Part shown: positions 29,655-40,057 of the stretch, piece by piece
Layout: the number at the start of each line of letters is the position of its first letter
Position numbering within the stretch: position 1 is the stretch's first letter
Assembly: GCA_040390125.1 (NCBI GenBank)
Contig: JAZJYZ010000001.1
Location: 6,428-70,427, forward strand
DNA length: 64,000 nt
Reading direction: 5' to 3'
DNA from: Patescibacteria group bacterium
GTDB lineage: Bacteria; Patescibacteriota; Minisyncoccia; Phycocordibacterales; Phycocordibacteraceae
Program-made: the position numbers and the translations under genes
Notes under the pieces: generated by a model
Told to the model about the DNA's origin: nothing
The model's input: the letters and a program-made list of their open reading frames with translations, nothing else
Databases searched by the model: none

Positions 29655-31114
29655 CTAAGACGTGGAAATAAATTTTCTGGTTTTTTGTTTTCCTTAATTG
29701 CGTCGAGAATTTTTTTACTTGTCTCGGGCATGAAGGGGGCGAGAAGATAGCCAATGTTCCATACTTCAGCAGCGAGACCAGCGAGCATAACTCTGCCGTG
29801 CACAGGGTCGGATTTGACTACTTTGAAAGGCTCATCGTGAGTAATGCGTTCATCAGCAGTAGCTATAAGAGAGAAAACTAACTCCAGTGCTTGGTTGAAA
29901 GAAAAATCTCCGAGCGCTTTCTTTATTTCTTCTTTTCCTTGTGGCGCTTCGGGTTCAGGAATAGGTGCGCTCAAATTATCCTCACAGAGTTTCATCACAC
30001 GTGCTACAAGATTTCCGATGCCGTTAGTAAGTCCTGCTGTGTACCACTCATCCAATTTCTCCCATGTAACATCAGAGTCCTCGGTTGAATGAACGTGGCG
30101 CAAAAGAAGATATCGAGTGGCATCAGGTCCGTATTTTTTAACCAAATCATACGGATTAATAACGTTGCCCAAAGACTTGGACATTTTTTGCCCACCTGAA
30201 TTAATGAAACCATGATAGAACACCTGATCGGTATTTTTTATTCCCATCGACATCAGCATTGCCTGCCACATCAAAGATTGAAAACGCACCTGATCTTTCC
30301 CTGCCATCTGGAGCGTGTGACCTTCTTCCCAGAATTTTTTGAAATTTCCTTCAGAATCTGGCCAGCCCAAGGTCGAAATATAGTTCAGCAACGCTTCGAA
30401 CCACACGTACATCACCTGAGTGTCATCACCAGGTACTGGAATACCCCATGTGAGTCTCTTTTTTTCACGAGAAATACTGAAATCCTCCAAGCCTTCCTTT
30501 ATGAAATTAATGGCTTCATCCCTACGCCATTTTGGAACAACGACATTGGGACGCTCTAAATATTCAAGTAACCGCTTCTCGTATTTAGAAAATCTGAAAA
30601 AATAGTTTCTCTCTTTTAAAAGTTCCGGTTTTGTTTTGTGGATGTGGCATACGTCTTCAATTATTTCTTTCTGGGTGAGAAATTTTTCACAACCTACGCA
30701 ATACAAACCTTCATATTCCTTGTCATAGATATCGCCTGCTACCGTACATCGTTTCCACATTTCGAGTGCAGCCATCTCGTGCTTTGTATCAGTGGTCCGA
30801 ATAAATTGTAGTTCATCCCACAAATTCAGACTTTCTTTAAGTTTCTTAAATTCATTGGCGTAATAGTCTACGTATTCTTGAACAGGTTTTCCTGCTTTTT
30901 CTGCTGCTTCAAATATTTTCTGCCCGTGCTCATCGGTGCCGGTATTAAAAAATACTTCGTGCCCTTGTGAGCGCCAAAAACGCACCAGTGCGTCAGCTTG
31001 TACAAGCTCTAACGCAAACCCAATGTGAGGATCTGCGTTCACATACGGTAGTGTCGTGGTGAGATAAAAACGACGTGCACCCTCTTCGCTCTCTTGATGG
31101 GAAACCTTTGTCAT
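29651..31114 (-). CDS. metG: Methionyl-tRNA synthetase
   Basis: Class I HIGH-like region (NADPHIGFALE), zinc-knuckle cysteines (CVGCEKF..C.IH), KMSKS motif (KMSKSLGN). Confidence 0.92.
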   Translation of the reverse strand: MTKVSHQESEEGARRFYLTTTLPYVNADPHIGFALELVQADALVRFWRSQGHEVFFNTGTDEHGQKIFEAAEKAGKPVQEYVDYYANEFKKLKESLNLWDELQFIRTTDTKHEMAALEMWKRCTVAGDIYDKEYEGLYCVGCEKFLTQKEIIEDVCHIHKTKPELLKERNYFFRFSKYEKRLLEYLERPNVVVPKWRRDEAINFIKEGLEDFSISREKKRLTWGIPVPGDDTQVMYVWFEALLNYISTLGWPDSEGNFKKFWEEGHTLQMAGKDQVRFQSLMWQAMLMSMGIKNTDQVFYHGFINSGGQKMSKSLGNVINPYDLVKKYGPDATRYLLLRHVHSTEDSDVTWEKLDEWYTAGLTNGIGNLVARVMKLCEDNLSAPIPEPEAPQGKEEIKKALGDFSFNQALELVFSLIATADERITHDEPFKVVKSDPVHGRVMLAGLAAEVWNIGYLLAPFMPETSKKILDAIKENKKPENLFPRLS

Positions 31115-31116
31115 CG

Positions 31117-32193
31117 CTACTCTGATTTCTTTTTTAATTCCGTAAGTTCACGAGCTTTTGATTTTTGCACATCATTCACAAATTCCTGAAGCGTGGCCGC
31201 AAAAGGCACGGCAAGCAAGATACCAAGAAATCCTGCGAGCTGACTGCCAGCGACCATCGCAAGAATAACCACAAGAGGCGCCACGCCAATAACTTTTTTT
31301 ACAACTAATGGGTAAATAAGATTAGACTGCAAAAGGTTAATGACCACAAAGCCACCTCCAACAAGTAATGCCATTTCAGGACCTCCCGCCGTAAATGCAA
31401 TTCCAACCGCAAGCGTTCCAGAAATGAGCGAACCAAACACAGGTATGATTTCAATACATGCAGCAAATATCGCTATCAGGAATGCATACGGCACCTGAAG
31501 AATCGCAAGCCACAAATAGCCCAAGATTCCTATAATGAGAGAGAGCATGAGTTGCCCCTGCATCCATAAACCAATCTTATGGCGAGATCTCTTCCAGAGA
31601 TTAAGTGCATACTCTTGGCGTTTGACCGGCAAAACCACTTTCAAGAAATCGTCTACGTCCGTCTCCTGCACCGCAAAATAGAAAGACAACACAAGAATAA
31701 GAAAGAAAGAGAGGACGCCTCCGAAAATCCCAGAAATTGCACGGAAGGCTCCTTCACCTGTCGCAGTAAAGACATTTTGAAGTTCAAATAACGCCTCAGC
31801 GAGTGATGGGGGCGGAACAGCAGGGTTGGAAGCGAGTCCAGCAAAACCTTGAGACAAGAGTTCATTGATATTGAACGAGTGCAGGTATTGTGGAAGTAGG
31901 GTCACAAATCCACGCATTTCTTGAAGAAGTGGAGGGAAAAAGAAGTACACAATGCTGAAGAGTCCTCCAATTGCAATTGCGTACACAGACGCAACCGCAA
32001 AGATACGCCGGAAGCCATATTTCATGAACCACGCAACACCTGGCTCAACTGCAGAAGCTAACACAATAGCGGTAAGAATAATGAGAACGAGTTCCTTAAG
32101 AAAGAATAGGAGCCATACTAAAAGCCCAATGCCGACAACGGAGAATACTGTGGCGGGAGTTATGTTGATGGTGATGGGGCCACGGTCTGTCAT
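31117..32193 (-). CDS. AI-2E family transporter (UPF0118/PerM-like)
   Basis: 358 aa, ~8 TM helices, with the typical AI-2E architecture and C-terminal charged tail. Confidence 0.72.
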   Translation of the reverse strand: MTDRGPITINITPATVFSVVGIGLLVWLLFFLKELVLIILTAIVLASAVEPGVAWFMKYGFRRIFAVASVYAIAIGGLFSIVYFFFPPLLQEMRGFVTLLPQYLHSFNINELLSQGFAGLASNPAVPPPSLAEALFELQNVFTATGEGAFRAISGIFGGVLSFFLILVLSFYFAVQETDVDDFLKVVLPVKRQEYALNLWKRSRHKIGLWMQGQLMLSLIIGILGYLWLAILQVPYAFLIAIFAACIEIIPVFGSLISGTLAVGIAFTAGGPEMALLVGGGFVVINLLQSNLIYPLVVKKVIGVAPLVVILAMVAGSQLAGFLGILLAVPFAATLQEFVNDVQKSKARELTELKKKSE

Positions 32194-32260
32194 GCGGGCA
32201 TCATAACACCCTAAGCTTTTAGCTTGTAGCTGAGAGCGTAGAGGGTAGGGGGAGGAGAAA

Positions 32261-33571
32261 TCAAACCTGAATGGAGGTGCGGACTTTTGAGACTGCGTCG
32301 GCTATCGACATGCGTGTCTGTGCCCCGGTGTCCCTGTCCCTGACGGTCACGGTTCCGATCAGTTCCTTGTTCTCGCCCAACGTATCGAAATCAATCGTAA
32401 TGCACCACGGGGTACCTATCTCATCTTGTCTGCGATAGCGTTTGCCAATATTCCCATTGTCGTCCCACATGATTTGAGGCACTTCTTTCTTAAGTGTCAT
32501 GTAAACCTCTCGTGCTTTTGCCACAAGCTCTGGTTTGTTTTTAAGGAGCGGAGACACCACCGCTTTAATAGGAGCCAGGTATGGCGGAAACTTCATCACG
32601 ATACGTGACTCGCCACCCATTTCGTCCTCAGTGAATGCCTTAGCCATTACCGCAAGCACATGCCTTCCTAAACCAAAAGTGGGTTCCAATACGTGCGGAA
32701 CAAATCGTTCACTCGAAACTGGATCGAGATACTGTAAGTCTTCACCAGATTTATCAATGTGATTCTTTAAGTCAAAGTCGGTACGGTATGCCAAGCCTCC
32801 TATCTCATCGAACTTATGCGGATATTTAAAATGAAAGTCGATGGTTCGTTTTGAGTAGTGTGCCCTGTCCCCCTCTTCTATCTCAACTTCTCGGATATCG
32901 TCTGTACCAAACCCAAGTGCCGTAAACCATTGAAGCATTTGCACTCGCCAATATTCAAACTGCTCTTGCCATGTCTTTTCTTCAATAAAATACTCAAGCT
33001 CCATAATCTCGAGTTCACGGACACGGAAAATGAAGTCGCGTGGTGCGATTTCGTTTCGAAAGTTGCGTCCAATCTGGGCGATACCAAAGGGAAGTTTTGG
33101 GTGGAATGAGTCAATGATATTTTTAAAATTCACAAACATACCCTGTGCTGTCTCGGGGCGTAGATACACCGTCGTATCAGAACCATCAACCGAGCCAACG
33201 CTAGTTTTAAACATCATATTAAATTGCCGTGACTCACCGAGTTTTCCACCGCAATCAGGACATTTTTTGGTGTCAGCCAGATGGTCAATACGGAAGCGGT
33301 GTTTACACTTCTCACATTCAACTAACGGGTCTGAAAATCCGCCCACGTGCCCTGACGCTTCCCACACCTTCGGGTTCATAAGAATCGCAGAGTCGATGCC
33401 ATACATATCGTCACGACCATCGACAAACATACGCCACCAAAGGGCTTCAATATTCTTTTTGAGAGCAAGACCTAAAGGTCCGTAGTCGTAAGTACCTGAA
33501 AGACCGCCATATATTTCGGAACCCGGGAAAATAAAACCCCGTCGCTTTGCGAGCGACGTAATCTTTTCCAT
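32261..33571 (-). CDS. glyQS: Glycyl-tRNA synthetase (class II, dimeric GlyQS type)
   Basis: N-terminus KRRGFIFPGSEIYGGLSGTYDYGPLG is the hallmark of alpha2 GlyRS. Class II motifs 2/3 and C-terminal anticodon-binding domain present. Confidence 0.92.
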   Translation of the reverse strand: MEKITSLAKRRGFIFPGSEIYGGLSGTYDYGPLGLALKKNIEALWWRMFVDGRDDMYGIDSAILMNPKVWEASGHVGGFSDPLVECEKCKHRFRIDHLADTKKCPDCGGKLGESRQFNMMFKTSVGSVDGSDTTVYLRPETAQGMFVNFKNIIDSFHPKLPFGIAQIGRNFRNEIAPRDFIFRVRELEIMELEYFIEEKTWQEQFEYWRVQMLQWFTALGFGTDDIREVEIEEGDRAHYSKRTIDFHFKYPHKFDEIGGLAYRTDFDLKNHIDKSGEDLQYLDPVSSERFVPHVLEPTFGLGRHVLAVMAKAFTEDEMGGESRIVMKFPPYLAPIKAVVSPLLKNKPELVAKAREVYMTLKKEVPQIMWDDNGNIGKRYRRQDEIGTPWCITIDFDTLGENKELIGTVTVRDRDTGAQTRMSIADAVSKVRTSIQV

Positions 33572-33642
33572 TATTCCTTCCTCTTTTTGCATTTGATGAT
33601 TGTATCCTCCCTAAAAGCCAAAAGCTATACGCTCATGCGAAC

Positions 33643-35496
33643 CTACGGTACTACGAGCCCGCCATTTGGTGCCCCCGCAACTGAATCAGTTGTCAAAGGC
33701 GGGGCTGTACTTTCTATTTGACCCCGTACGAAACGGTCATACGCAGATACCCGCTGACTACCAACAACGTTGGGTCTATTCCCTACTTGAGAAAGAGAAG
33801 GAGTTAGAGCCACTTGGAAAGAACCATTCTTCGACTGCCCTCCCGCAATGTCGCCGATAGTCCAGGTCACCACACGCCCCGAAGCACTGAAAGAAATGTT
33901 CGAGCCAGCAGTGCCTGCAATAAAACGAACATAGCTTGGCAACACAGCACTTACTGACGCATTCGCAAGTGCATTGGCGGAGCTCGAGACCACCCACACC
34001 ACGCTATACGTAGTTTCAGTATCAGCCTTCGGAGCAGAGGGTCCACCTGCATGCGCCATAGTTGCAGAAAGAGCAACGTCGGTTGCAACAACCGCATCAG
34101 TGACCGCAGATGACTTCACTATGACGGGCACATTAGATTCACTTTGGCGCTCGGCTTGTACATTCACCACCAGATGCACAGATGGATTTTTAAATGTACC
34201 GTTGCTCATCGGGAGAGTATTAAACGAAAAAGAGAGCGTCTCTGAATCGCCAGGTGCAACATCTGCAAGATTTGAGTCGGTTGCCTTACTCCAGAGAATC
34301 TGGGAATTGTTTGAACTGTAAAATCCGTTTTGTGCTTTGACTTCTGTGCGATCCAAAATAGACCCATCAAGACTCAGTGTAATGGCAACATTTTGTACCT
34401 TCACCGGGAGATTGTTTGTCCAACGCACTTCTCCTCTGACTTCTTTGCCTCGAGTAATCGTATGCGTATCGGCAGTTGAGCCTTCGAGTGAAAGCGCTAC
34501 TGATACGAAAGGCTTGGTGACGGTGATAGAAAGCTCTGATGCTGCGAGTGGAACCAGAATGGCATCGTTCTGATTTTCTTTTTTGGTGCCAGTGTTAAAG
34601 CGAAGTACCCTGCTCTCCCCATCTTCACCTGTGAAGGTGCCTTTGATTTCAATAACACGTCTACCTCCCGACTCGATGTCCCCCAGTACCCACGATGCAG
34701 TACCTACCGCAGGATCTGGTTTTGATGATTTAAAAGAAAACCCAGGAGGATAATTTGCCACCAAAAGCATGTCACTCAAAATACCTGGTGCGTTAGAAAC
34801 AACAGAGACGGTGAGTGTGACTTCTTGACCTGACACTGCCTCCTTCAAAGCGTCTACCGTAATTGATACGGGAGACTGATTAATTTTAGCGACATACGTT
34901 GTTCCACTTACAAAAATTGCGTTTGAAGAAGGGACACGATATTCCGCCGATGCCTTAATGCTCACATCTTGGCCAGACTCACCAAACACGACCGCACGAA
35001 TGGTGCGATTCACACTCTCTCCGGGCTTGATGGTCCCTAAGGATTCACGAACACGTGGGAGATCTCGAGAAATATCCGTGTCTGAGCGTGTTCCTGTAGG
35101 AAACTCAACAATCAAATCCGTAAGCTCCATAGGCACTGCATTTCTGTTGGTGATGACAACCTGGAGAGAAAGCGTACTGCCTGCACCGATTTCTGTAGGG
35201 CCCGTGACTTGCACGTCAACGTTTTTCGTCGAAATCGTATTATTTCCTGCAAACAAAATTATGCCTGCAACTGCAATCGCAACAAAAAAGAAAGCAACTG
35301 CCCCAGCGAAGAGCATCTCGGGCATTCTGCGTCGGCTACGCCGACGCACGGGAGTCGCACCACCTGTGCCTTCACTCTGCCAACCTTTTGGAGCACGAGG
35401 ACTTCGTGAGAAAAGAGCAGAGCGATGTATCTCGCCGTCTACTGTTCCGCTGTCTAGTTTTTTTGCAAGATTCTCGAGAGAGCTGTTGTCGGACAT
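33643..35496 (-). CDS. Large membrane-anchored surface protein (617 aa) with repeated beta-sandwich-like domains
   Basis: Basic cytoplasmic N-terminus (RRRSRRRMPE), single TM helix, then ~540 aa of Thr/Ser/Val-rich repeats (ITVDALKEAVSGQEVTLTVSV.. pattern) resembling CARDB/Ig-like folds. Confidence 0.55.
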   Translation of the reverse strand: MSDNSSLENLAKKLDSGTVDGEIHRSALFSRSPRAPKGWQSEGTGGATPVRRRSRRRMPEMLFAGAVAFFFVAIAVAGIILFAGNNTISTKNVDVQVTGPTEIGAGSTLSLQVVITNRNAVPMELTDLIVEFPTGTRSDTDISRDLPRVRESLGTIKPGESVNRTIRAVVFGESGQDVSIKASAEYRVPSSNAIFVSGTTYVAKINQSPVSITVDALKEAVSGQEVTLTVSVVSNAPGILSDMLLVANYPPGFSFKSSKPDPAVGTASWVLGDIESGGRRVIEIKGTFTGEDGESRVLRFNTGTKKENQNDAILVPLAASELSITVTKPFVSVALSLEGSTADTHTITRGKEVRGEVRWTNNLPVKVQNVAITLSLDGSILDRTEVKAQNGFYSSNNSQILWSKATDSNLADVAPGDSETLSFSFNTLPMSNGTFKNPSVHLVVNVQAERQSESNVPVIVKSSAVTDAVVATDVALSATMAHAGGPSAPKADTETTYSVVWVVSSSANALANASVSAVLPSYVRFIAGTAGSNISFSASGRVVTWTIGDIAGGQSKNGSFQVALTPSLSQVGNRPNVVGSQRVSAYDRFVRGQIESTAPPLTTDSVAGAPNGGLVVP

Positions 35497-35625
35497 TCAA
35501 TCAGTGTACAGCGTTCAGTGGACAGTGGACAGCGTGTGATTGGTAAAAACCCGTTCTTAAACTTTGCTCCCTGTACACTGTTCCCTATCCACTGACGTAA
35601 AGGCTTACTCTTCCCTAAACACTAG

Positions 35626-36210
35626 CTACAGTCCACTCTCCGAAATAGCTTCGTTGATGCGGCGTACCAAAGTCGGGCGAGATTCACGTACAGCTTTTAG
35701 AGTTCCTATATCATACGCAATATCCAAAAACGCCTGTGTGGCTAGCTCTTCTCGAACATACCCCAATGCTGAAAGCACCCGAAACACCGTCACACATTCT
35801 GCCTCCAAAACATATTCCTGATCCATCGGAGGTAGTGCGGTAAAAAAACCAAAAAGTGCACTAAAAAGATACGGGTCACTCCCCTCACCACGAATAAATT
35901 GCCGTACGACTGCGATTATTCTGGCGGAAGCTTCTTGGGCGTCACTCTTTCCTGAAAGGGAAAAGTAAGAATTTTCAGTATTGGTGGCACCAATGATGCG
36001 CCACACATCACGCCCTTTTACTAACGTAAAAACTCCAGTTGTCCCTACTTGGAGATGCGGGCGGAGTTTAGAGCGTTCTTCTCTAGCGCTCTTCGCAAGA
36101 GCGGAAACAAGACCTAAGGAGTCTGTATATAAAGAAATGCGAACACTTCCCTCACCGGCGGAGCGTCTCGCAACCACAATGCCACGAGCTGTAACCTCAC
36201 GAACGGACAT
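35626..36210 (-). CDS. recO: DNA repair protein RecO (probable)
   Basis: N-terminal OB-fold pattern (ARGIVVARRSAGEGSVRISLYTDSLGLV) and size are consistent with short RecO proteins. No zinc motif. Overlaps the ileS 3' end. Confidence 0.5.
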   Translation of the reverse strand: MSVREVTARGIVVARRSAGEGSVRISLYTDSLGLVSALAKSAREERSKLRPHLQVGTTGVFTLVKGRDVWRIIGATNTENSYFSLSGKSDAQEASARIIAVVRQFIRGEGSDPYLFSALFGFFTALPPMDQEYVLEAECVTVFRVLSALGYVREELATQAFLDIAYDIGTLKAVRESRPTLVRRINEAISESGL

Positions 36211-39200
36211 CGAGAGATTCTCCTGTTTCCTTACCACTAAGGTTTGTCATTTTCATAAGATCATTCCAGTTAGCCTCAACTAAATCTGACTTCTCTGAAG
36301 GGAAAATAAGAGTCGCTGACTCTTTTGGTTGAAGGTTTGCTTTCTTTCTCAAGTCCTGAATCTCACGAACGAGCTCTCGAAACTCCCCTTCTCTCTTTAG
36401 TGTCTCGGTAATGTTTGTATCAAGAACGACTTCGCCTTTGGGAACAACTTCATCAATAACTACATTTTTAACATTCAACTCATCCTTAACAAGCTCCAAT
36501 AGTTCCGTCCTCCCTCTAAGCTCTGGACTCTGAACTCTGAACTCATTCAGCGGTTGCCTCACCTTTACCCCCGCCTTCTGTCTCGCTTCAAGCCCTAAAG
36601 AAACTACTTTGCGTACTTCTTCCATCTCTCGAAGCAACACTTCATCTACCCTTAGAGCACGAGGCCATTCTGAGAGATGTACACTCTCTGGCGCACCATC
36701 TGCTTTCACTTTTTGGTAGGCATATTCAGCAGTGAACGGAACGAAGGGAGCAGAAACTTTTGCAAAAGTTTCTATAACATGACGCAATGTCGAAAGTGCG
36801 TGAGCCCCATCTTCTCCGGTTTCTTTAAAACGGTCACGAGAACGTCGAAGAAACCACGTTGAAAAATCGTCAACAAATAATGCGAGCGGGCGTGTTGCAC
36901 GATCAAGCTCGTACGCATCCATACCCTTTTCGACTTCACTAATTACTTCACTCATGCGAGAAAGAATCCATCTATCTAAGGGGTGCGTACTTGGAGCTGT
37001 AGCCAGAGTACTCTCATTTTTATACAATTCATAAAAAGAAATCACATTGAGAAATCTTCCGATAAGTTTTGAAGCAATTTCTCCCACTCCTTTTTCTGAA
37101 AAATTTAAATCTTCTGCACGCATCAATGGTGACGCCAACAAATAATAACGAATAGCATCTGCGCCGTATTTTTCCAACACTTCAACGGGATCAGGATAAT
37201 TTTTCAGACGTTTGGACATTTTTTGCCCATCTTCAGCGAGAACAATTCCGTTCACAATCACATTTTTATACGTCGCCTTGCCGAAAAGCCCAACCCCTAA
37301 AACTAAGAGCGAATAAAACCAGCCTCTTGTCTGGTCGAGACCTTCTGCAATAAAGTCTGCTGGGTAGCCAACGCCTCCAGTTTTCAATTTCCAGTTTTCA
37401 ATTTTCAATCCGGACTTTGGATCAAAAACATCTTTGTTTTCAAACGGGTAATGATTCTGCGCATACGACATTGAGCCAGACTCAAACCAGCAATCAAAGA
37501 CGTCGTGTACCCTCTCAAGCCTCGTGCCGTCAGAGGCAACAAGAACAACCTCGTCGATATAAGGACGATGATAATCAAGTTCAAAGTTTTCGTTGTGTGG
37601 AAGTGGAGTAAAAGGAAACTCTATTATTTCAGCATTTTTTAGAATCGGAAGTGGTCCATTTTTTTCAAGACTCCGAAATGTAAAACCTCCCGCAACAAAA
37701 CTAAGTCCACGTGCTGCCCCCGCATGAGTTATAAATACTATGTTTTTGTTAGCGTATTTTTTTTCAATTTCATACAGAAAATTCCCAGTTCTCTCTACTA
37801 ACTGTGCAAAATTTTCTCCACTGGAAAACTGTTTGTGCGGACTGTATATATAATCATGTTCATAATATTGCAACATGGTTGTAAGAGGTTTGCCTTCATA
37901 TTCAGTACTTTCCCGCCATTCAACAATACGCTCATCGTAAATTACTCTATCAATCGGGAAACCGCTTTGTTTACAAAATATTTCGACCGTTTCTTTAGTT
38001 CTGAGCAAAGGCGAAACAAAAATAAAATCAATCTTTTCTTTAAAAGCGGAGGCTGACTTTAACACCTGCTCTTTCCCTAGTTCCGTTAATGAAGCATTGA
38101 GTTCACCGGACTGTGTCCAAACTTGCATCGTGTTATTTTCAGCCTGACCATGTCGCATCACAAAATACTTGTTGCCTGATTTTTTTGTGTGCGACTTCAA
38201 CTCGTCGAGTGAACCTATGAAAGTATTTTCTTTTGTCTTTGGATTCCGCCATACGGGAATTGGCGCACCCCAATACCGAGCTCGTGAAATAGCCCAATCC
38301 CTAGCATTCTCAAGCCAATTGCCGAAGCGCTTCTCGCCGACCTCTTTCGGCACCCAGTGTATCTTTTTATTTTCGGAGACGAGCTTGTCTCTAAACTTCG
38401 TCACTTCTACAAACCACGATGACGATGCGTAATTCAAAAGAGGGGTATCGCAACGCCAACAATGCGGATAGGAATGTATTATTTTTTCCTTTGCAAAGAG
38501 TAACCCCTTCCCTGCAAGATATTTAATAACCGCAACATCGGTCGACTGTGAGTCATCTTTCGGCTTTGCTTGGAGTCCCTTGAAATCAGAAACAACATCG
38601 ACAAAAAAACCATCCTTGTCGACATGGTGCACTATCGGGATTCCTTCTTTTTGTGCGAGCTCCAAGTCCTCAGCACCGAATGCAGGAGCTAAGTGCACCA
38701 ATCCTGTTCCGCTATCATTAGTCACATAGGGAGCGTGATATACCTTCCACGCTCTCTCCTTCCCTTTGATGTTATGGTCTGCAAAATAAGAAAATGGCGG
38801 CTTGTATGATTTCCCAACAAGTGCGCTTCCAAGAAATTCTTTTTCTATTTTGTAACCAACTTTAATTACTTCCAACCTGTCTTTCGCAAGGATATATTTT
38901 TCATCCCCCACTGAAATCTTCACATAGGTAAAATCTTTATGTACCGCAGCCGCCATATTTCCAGGCAGAGTCCACGGAGTTGTTGTCCAAGCTAAAAGAA
39001 AAGTCCCCGGTTCATCAATCAGTTCCAACTTTACCGTGACAGAAATATCCGTGATGTCTTTGTATCCTTGTGCAACTTCAAAGTTAGAAAGCGTAGTGCC
39101 ACAGCGAGGGCACAGATGCATTGCTTTAAATCCTTCATACACCAAACCCTTCTTATGGAGATCATTAAATGCCCACCACACGCTCTCCGTGTATGTCGCA

Positions 39201-39670
39201 TCCATCGTCCGATAGTCATTCTCCATGTCTACCCACCTGCCGAACCTTGGAATAATTGCCTTCCAATCGTCTGAATACCGAAGTACTGCTTTACGAGCCG
39301 CTTCATTGAATGTCGCAACACCTAACGTTTCAATATCTCGCTTGGTGGCAAGACCAAGTTCTTTCTCTATTTGGTTTTCAAGTGGCAAGCCGTGGCAATC
39401 CCAACCCCAACGTCGAGGAACTCGGTAGCCCTGCATCGTCTTATAGCGGGGAATAGCATCCTTTATGGTGCCTGCAAGTATGTGCCCGTAGTGCGGGAGC
39501 CCTGTAGCAAACGGGGGGCCATCATAAAAAACAAACTCACCTTTTGGAGCCTCTTTTGAAAGAGTTTTTTCAAAAATCTCTTGTTCGTTCCAGAATTTTA
39601 AAATCTCCTCCTCCCGCTTGGCAGGCTCGCTTTTTTCTCTTTGCTCCCCTTCAGACATATAGTAAGACAA
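36197..39670 (-). CDS. ileS: Isoleucyl-tRNA synthetase (type 2) carrying an inserted histidine-phosphatase (PGAM-like) domain
   Basis: HIGH motif (PHYGHIL), CP1 editing motif TTPWTLPGN, RYWGAPIPVW, type-2 element DYHRPYIDEV, KMSKS (KMSKRLKN). About 185 extra residues lie between IPVW..SHTKKSGN and PLPHNENFELDYHRPYIDE. Confidence 0.9.
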   Translation of the reverse strand: MSYYMSEGEQREKSEPAKREEEILKFWNEQEIFEKTLSKEAPKGEFVFYDGPPFATGLPHYGHILAGTIKDAIPRYKTMQGYRVPRRWGWDCHGLPLENQIEKELGLATKRDIETLGVATFNEAARKAVLRYSDDWKAIIPRFGRWVDMENDYRTMDATYTESVWWAFNDLHKKGLVYEGFKAMHLCPRCGTTLSNFEVAQGYKDITDISVTVKLELIDEPGTFLLAWTTTPWTLPGNMAAAVHKDFTYVKISVGDEKYILAKDRLEVIKVGYKIEKEFLGSALVGKSYKPPFSYFADHNIKGKERAWKVYHAPYVTNDSGTGLVHLAPAFGAEDLELAQKEGIPIVHHVDKDGFFVDVVSDFKGLQAKPKDDSQSTDVAVIKYLAGKGLLFAKEKIIHSYPHCWRCDTPLLNYASSSWFVEVTKFRDKLVSENKKIHWVPKEVGEKRFGNWLENARDWAISRARYWGAPIPVWRNPKTKENTFIGSLDELKSHTKKSGNKYFVMRHGQAENNTMQVWTQSGELNASLTELGKEQVLKSASAFKEKIDFIFVSPLLRTKETVEIFCKQSGFPIDRVIYDERIVEWRESTEYEGKPLTTMLQYYEHDYIYSPHKQFSSGENFAQLVERTGNFLYEIEKKYANKNIVFITHAGAARGLSFVAGGFTFRSLEKNGPLPILKNAEIIEFPFTPLPHNENFELDYHRPYIDEVVLVASDGTRLERVHDVFDCWFESGSMSYAQNHYPFENKDVFDPKSGLKIENWKLKTGGVGYPADFIAEGLDQTRGWFYSLLVLGVGLFGKATYKNVIVNGIVLAEDGQKMSKRLKNYPDPVEVLEKYGADAIRYYLLASPLMRAEDLNFSEKGVGEIASKLIGRFLNVISFYELYKNESTLATAPSTHPLDRWILSRMSEVISEVEKGMDAYELDRATRPLALFVDDFSTWFLRRSRDRFKETGEDGAHALSTLRHVIETFAKVSAPFVPFTAEYAYQKVKADGAPESVHLSEWPRALRVDEVLLREMEEVRKVVSLGLEARQKAGVKVRQPLNEFRVQSPELRGRTELLELVKDELNVKNVVIDEVVPKGEVVLDTNITETLKREGEFRELVREIQDLRKKANLQPKESATLIFPSEKSDLVEANWNDLMKMTNLSGKETGESLDVRS
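37610..38170 (-). other. Histidine phosphatase / phosphoglycerate-mutase-family domain inserted in IleRS
   Basis: Contains the RHG catalytic motif (FVMRHGQAENN), LTELGKEQ, SPLLRTKET and the second His motif FITHAG, in the canonical order of branch-1 histidine phosphatases. Confidence 0.75.
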
Positions 39671-39903
39671 ATAGTACCATCTTCACAAAGAGGCGTATTT
39701 TAGTATGCTAACGAGGTTTGCGACCAAAGAAAAATTCAGTCCCACCACGGTCGTTTTCTACTACTTCCACTGGTATGCCCGGAATTACTGCTTCTGCTTG
39801 TTTTACATCACTCTCACTAGGTCTCTCACTAGGTCTCAAAGGACCTCTTGGCCACCATCTGTCTGGTCTTCCGTTTTTTTCTCCCATAAATTTTTAGTTA
39901 AAA

Positions 39904-39930
39904 GAAAACCCCTTCTTTCGAAGGGGTTTT
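39904..39930. terminator. Bidirectional hairpin terminator (AAAACCCCTTC-loop-GAAGGGGTTTTG)
   Basis: Perfect stem with A and T runs between the ileS start region and the convergent idi gene. Confidence 0.6.
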
Positions 39931-40057
39931 GTATGTTTTTGTAATGTTACTTATGCGTTTACTACAAAACCCCTTCGCTTGGAAAAGCGCTTTGTAATCT
40001 TAATGATTGTCGTAACTCGTACCATCACTTTCTATAGTATTGGAAAGTGTCTTTTTG

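Noticed and set aside
39671-39900. T-box riboswitch upstream of ileS
   Set aside because: The leader contains an ACCGTGGTGGGAC segment, but the order and orientation do not match the T-box consensus (AGGGUGGNACCGCG). No specifier-loop/antiterminator arrangement could be built. Probably just promoter/terminator sequence with SSR-like CTCACTAGGTCTCACTAGGTCTC duplication.
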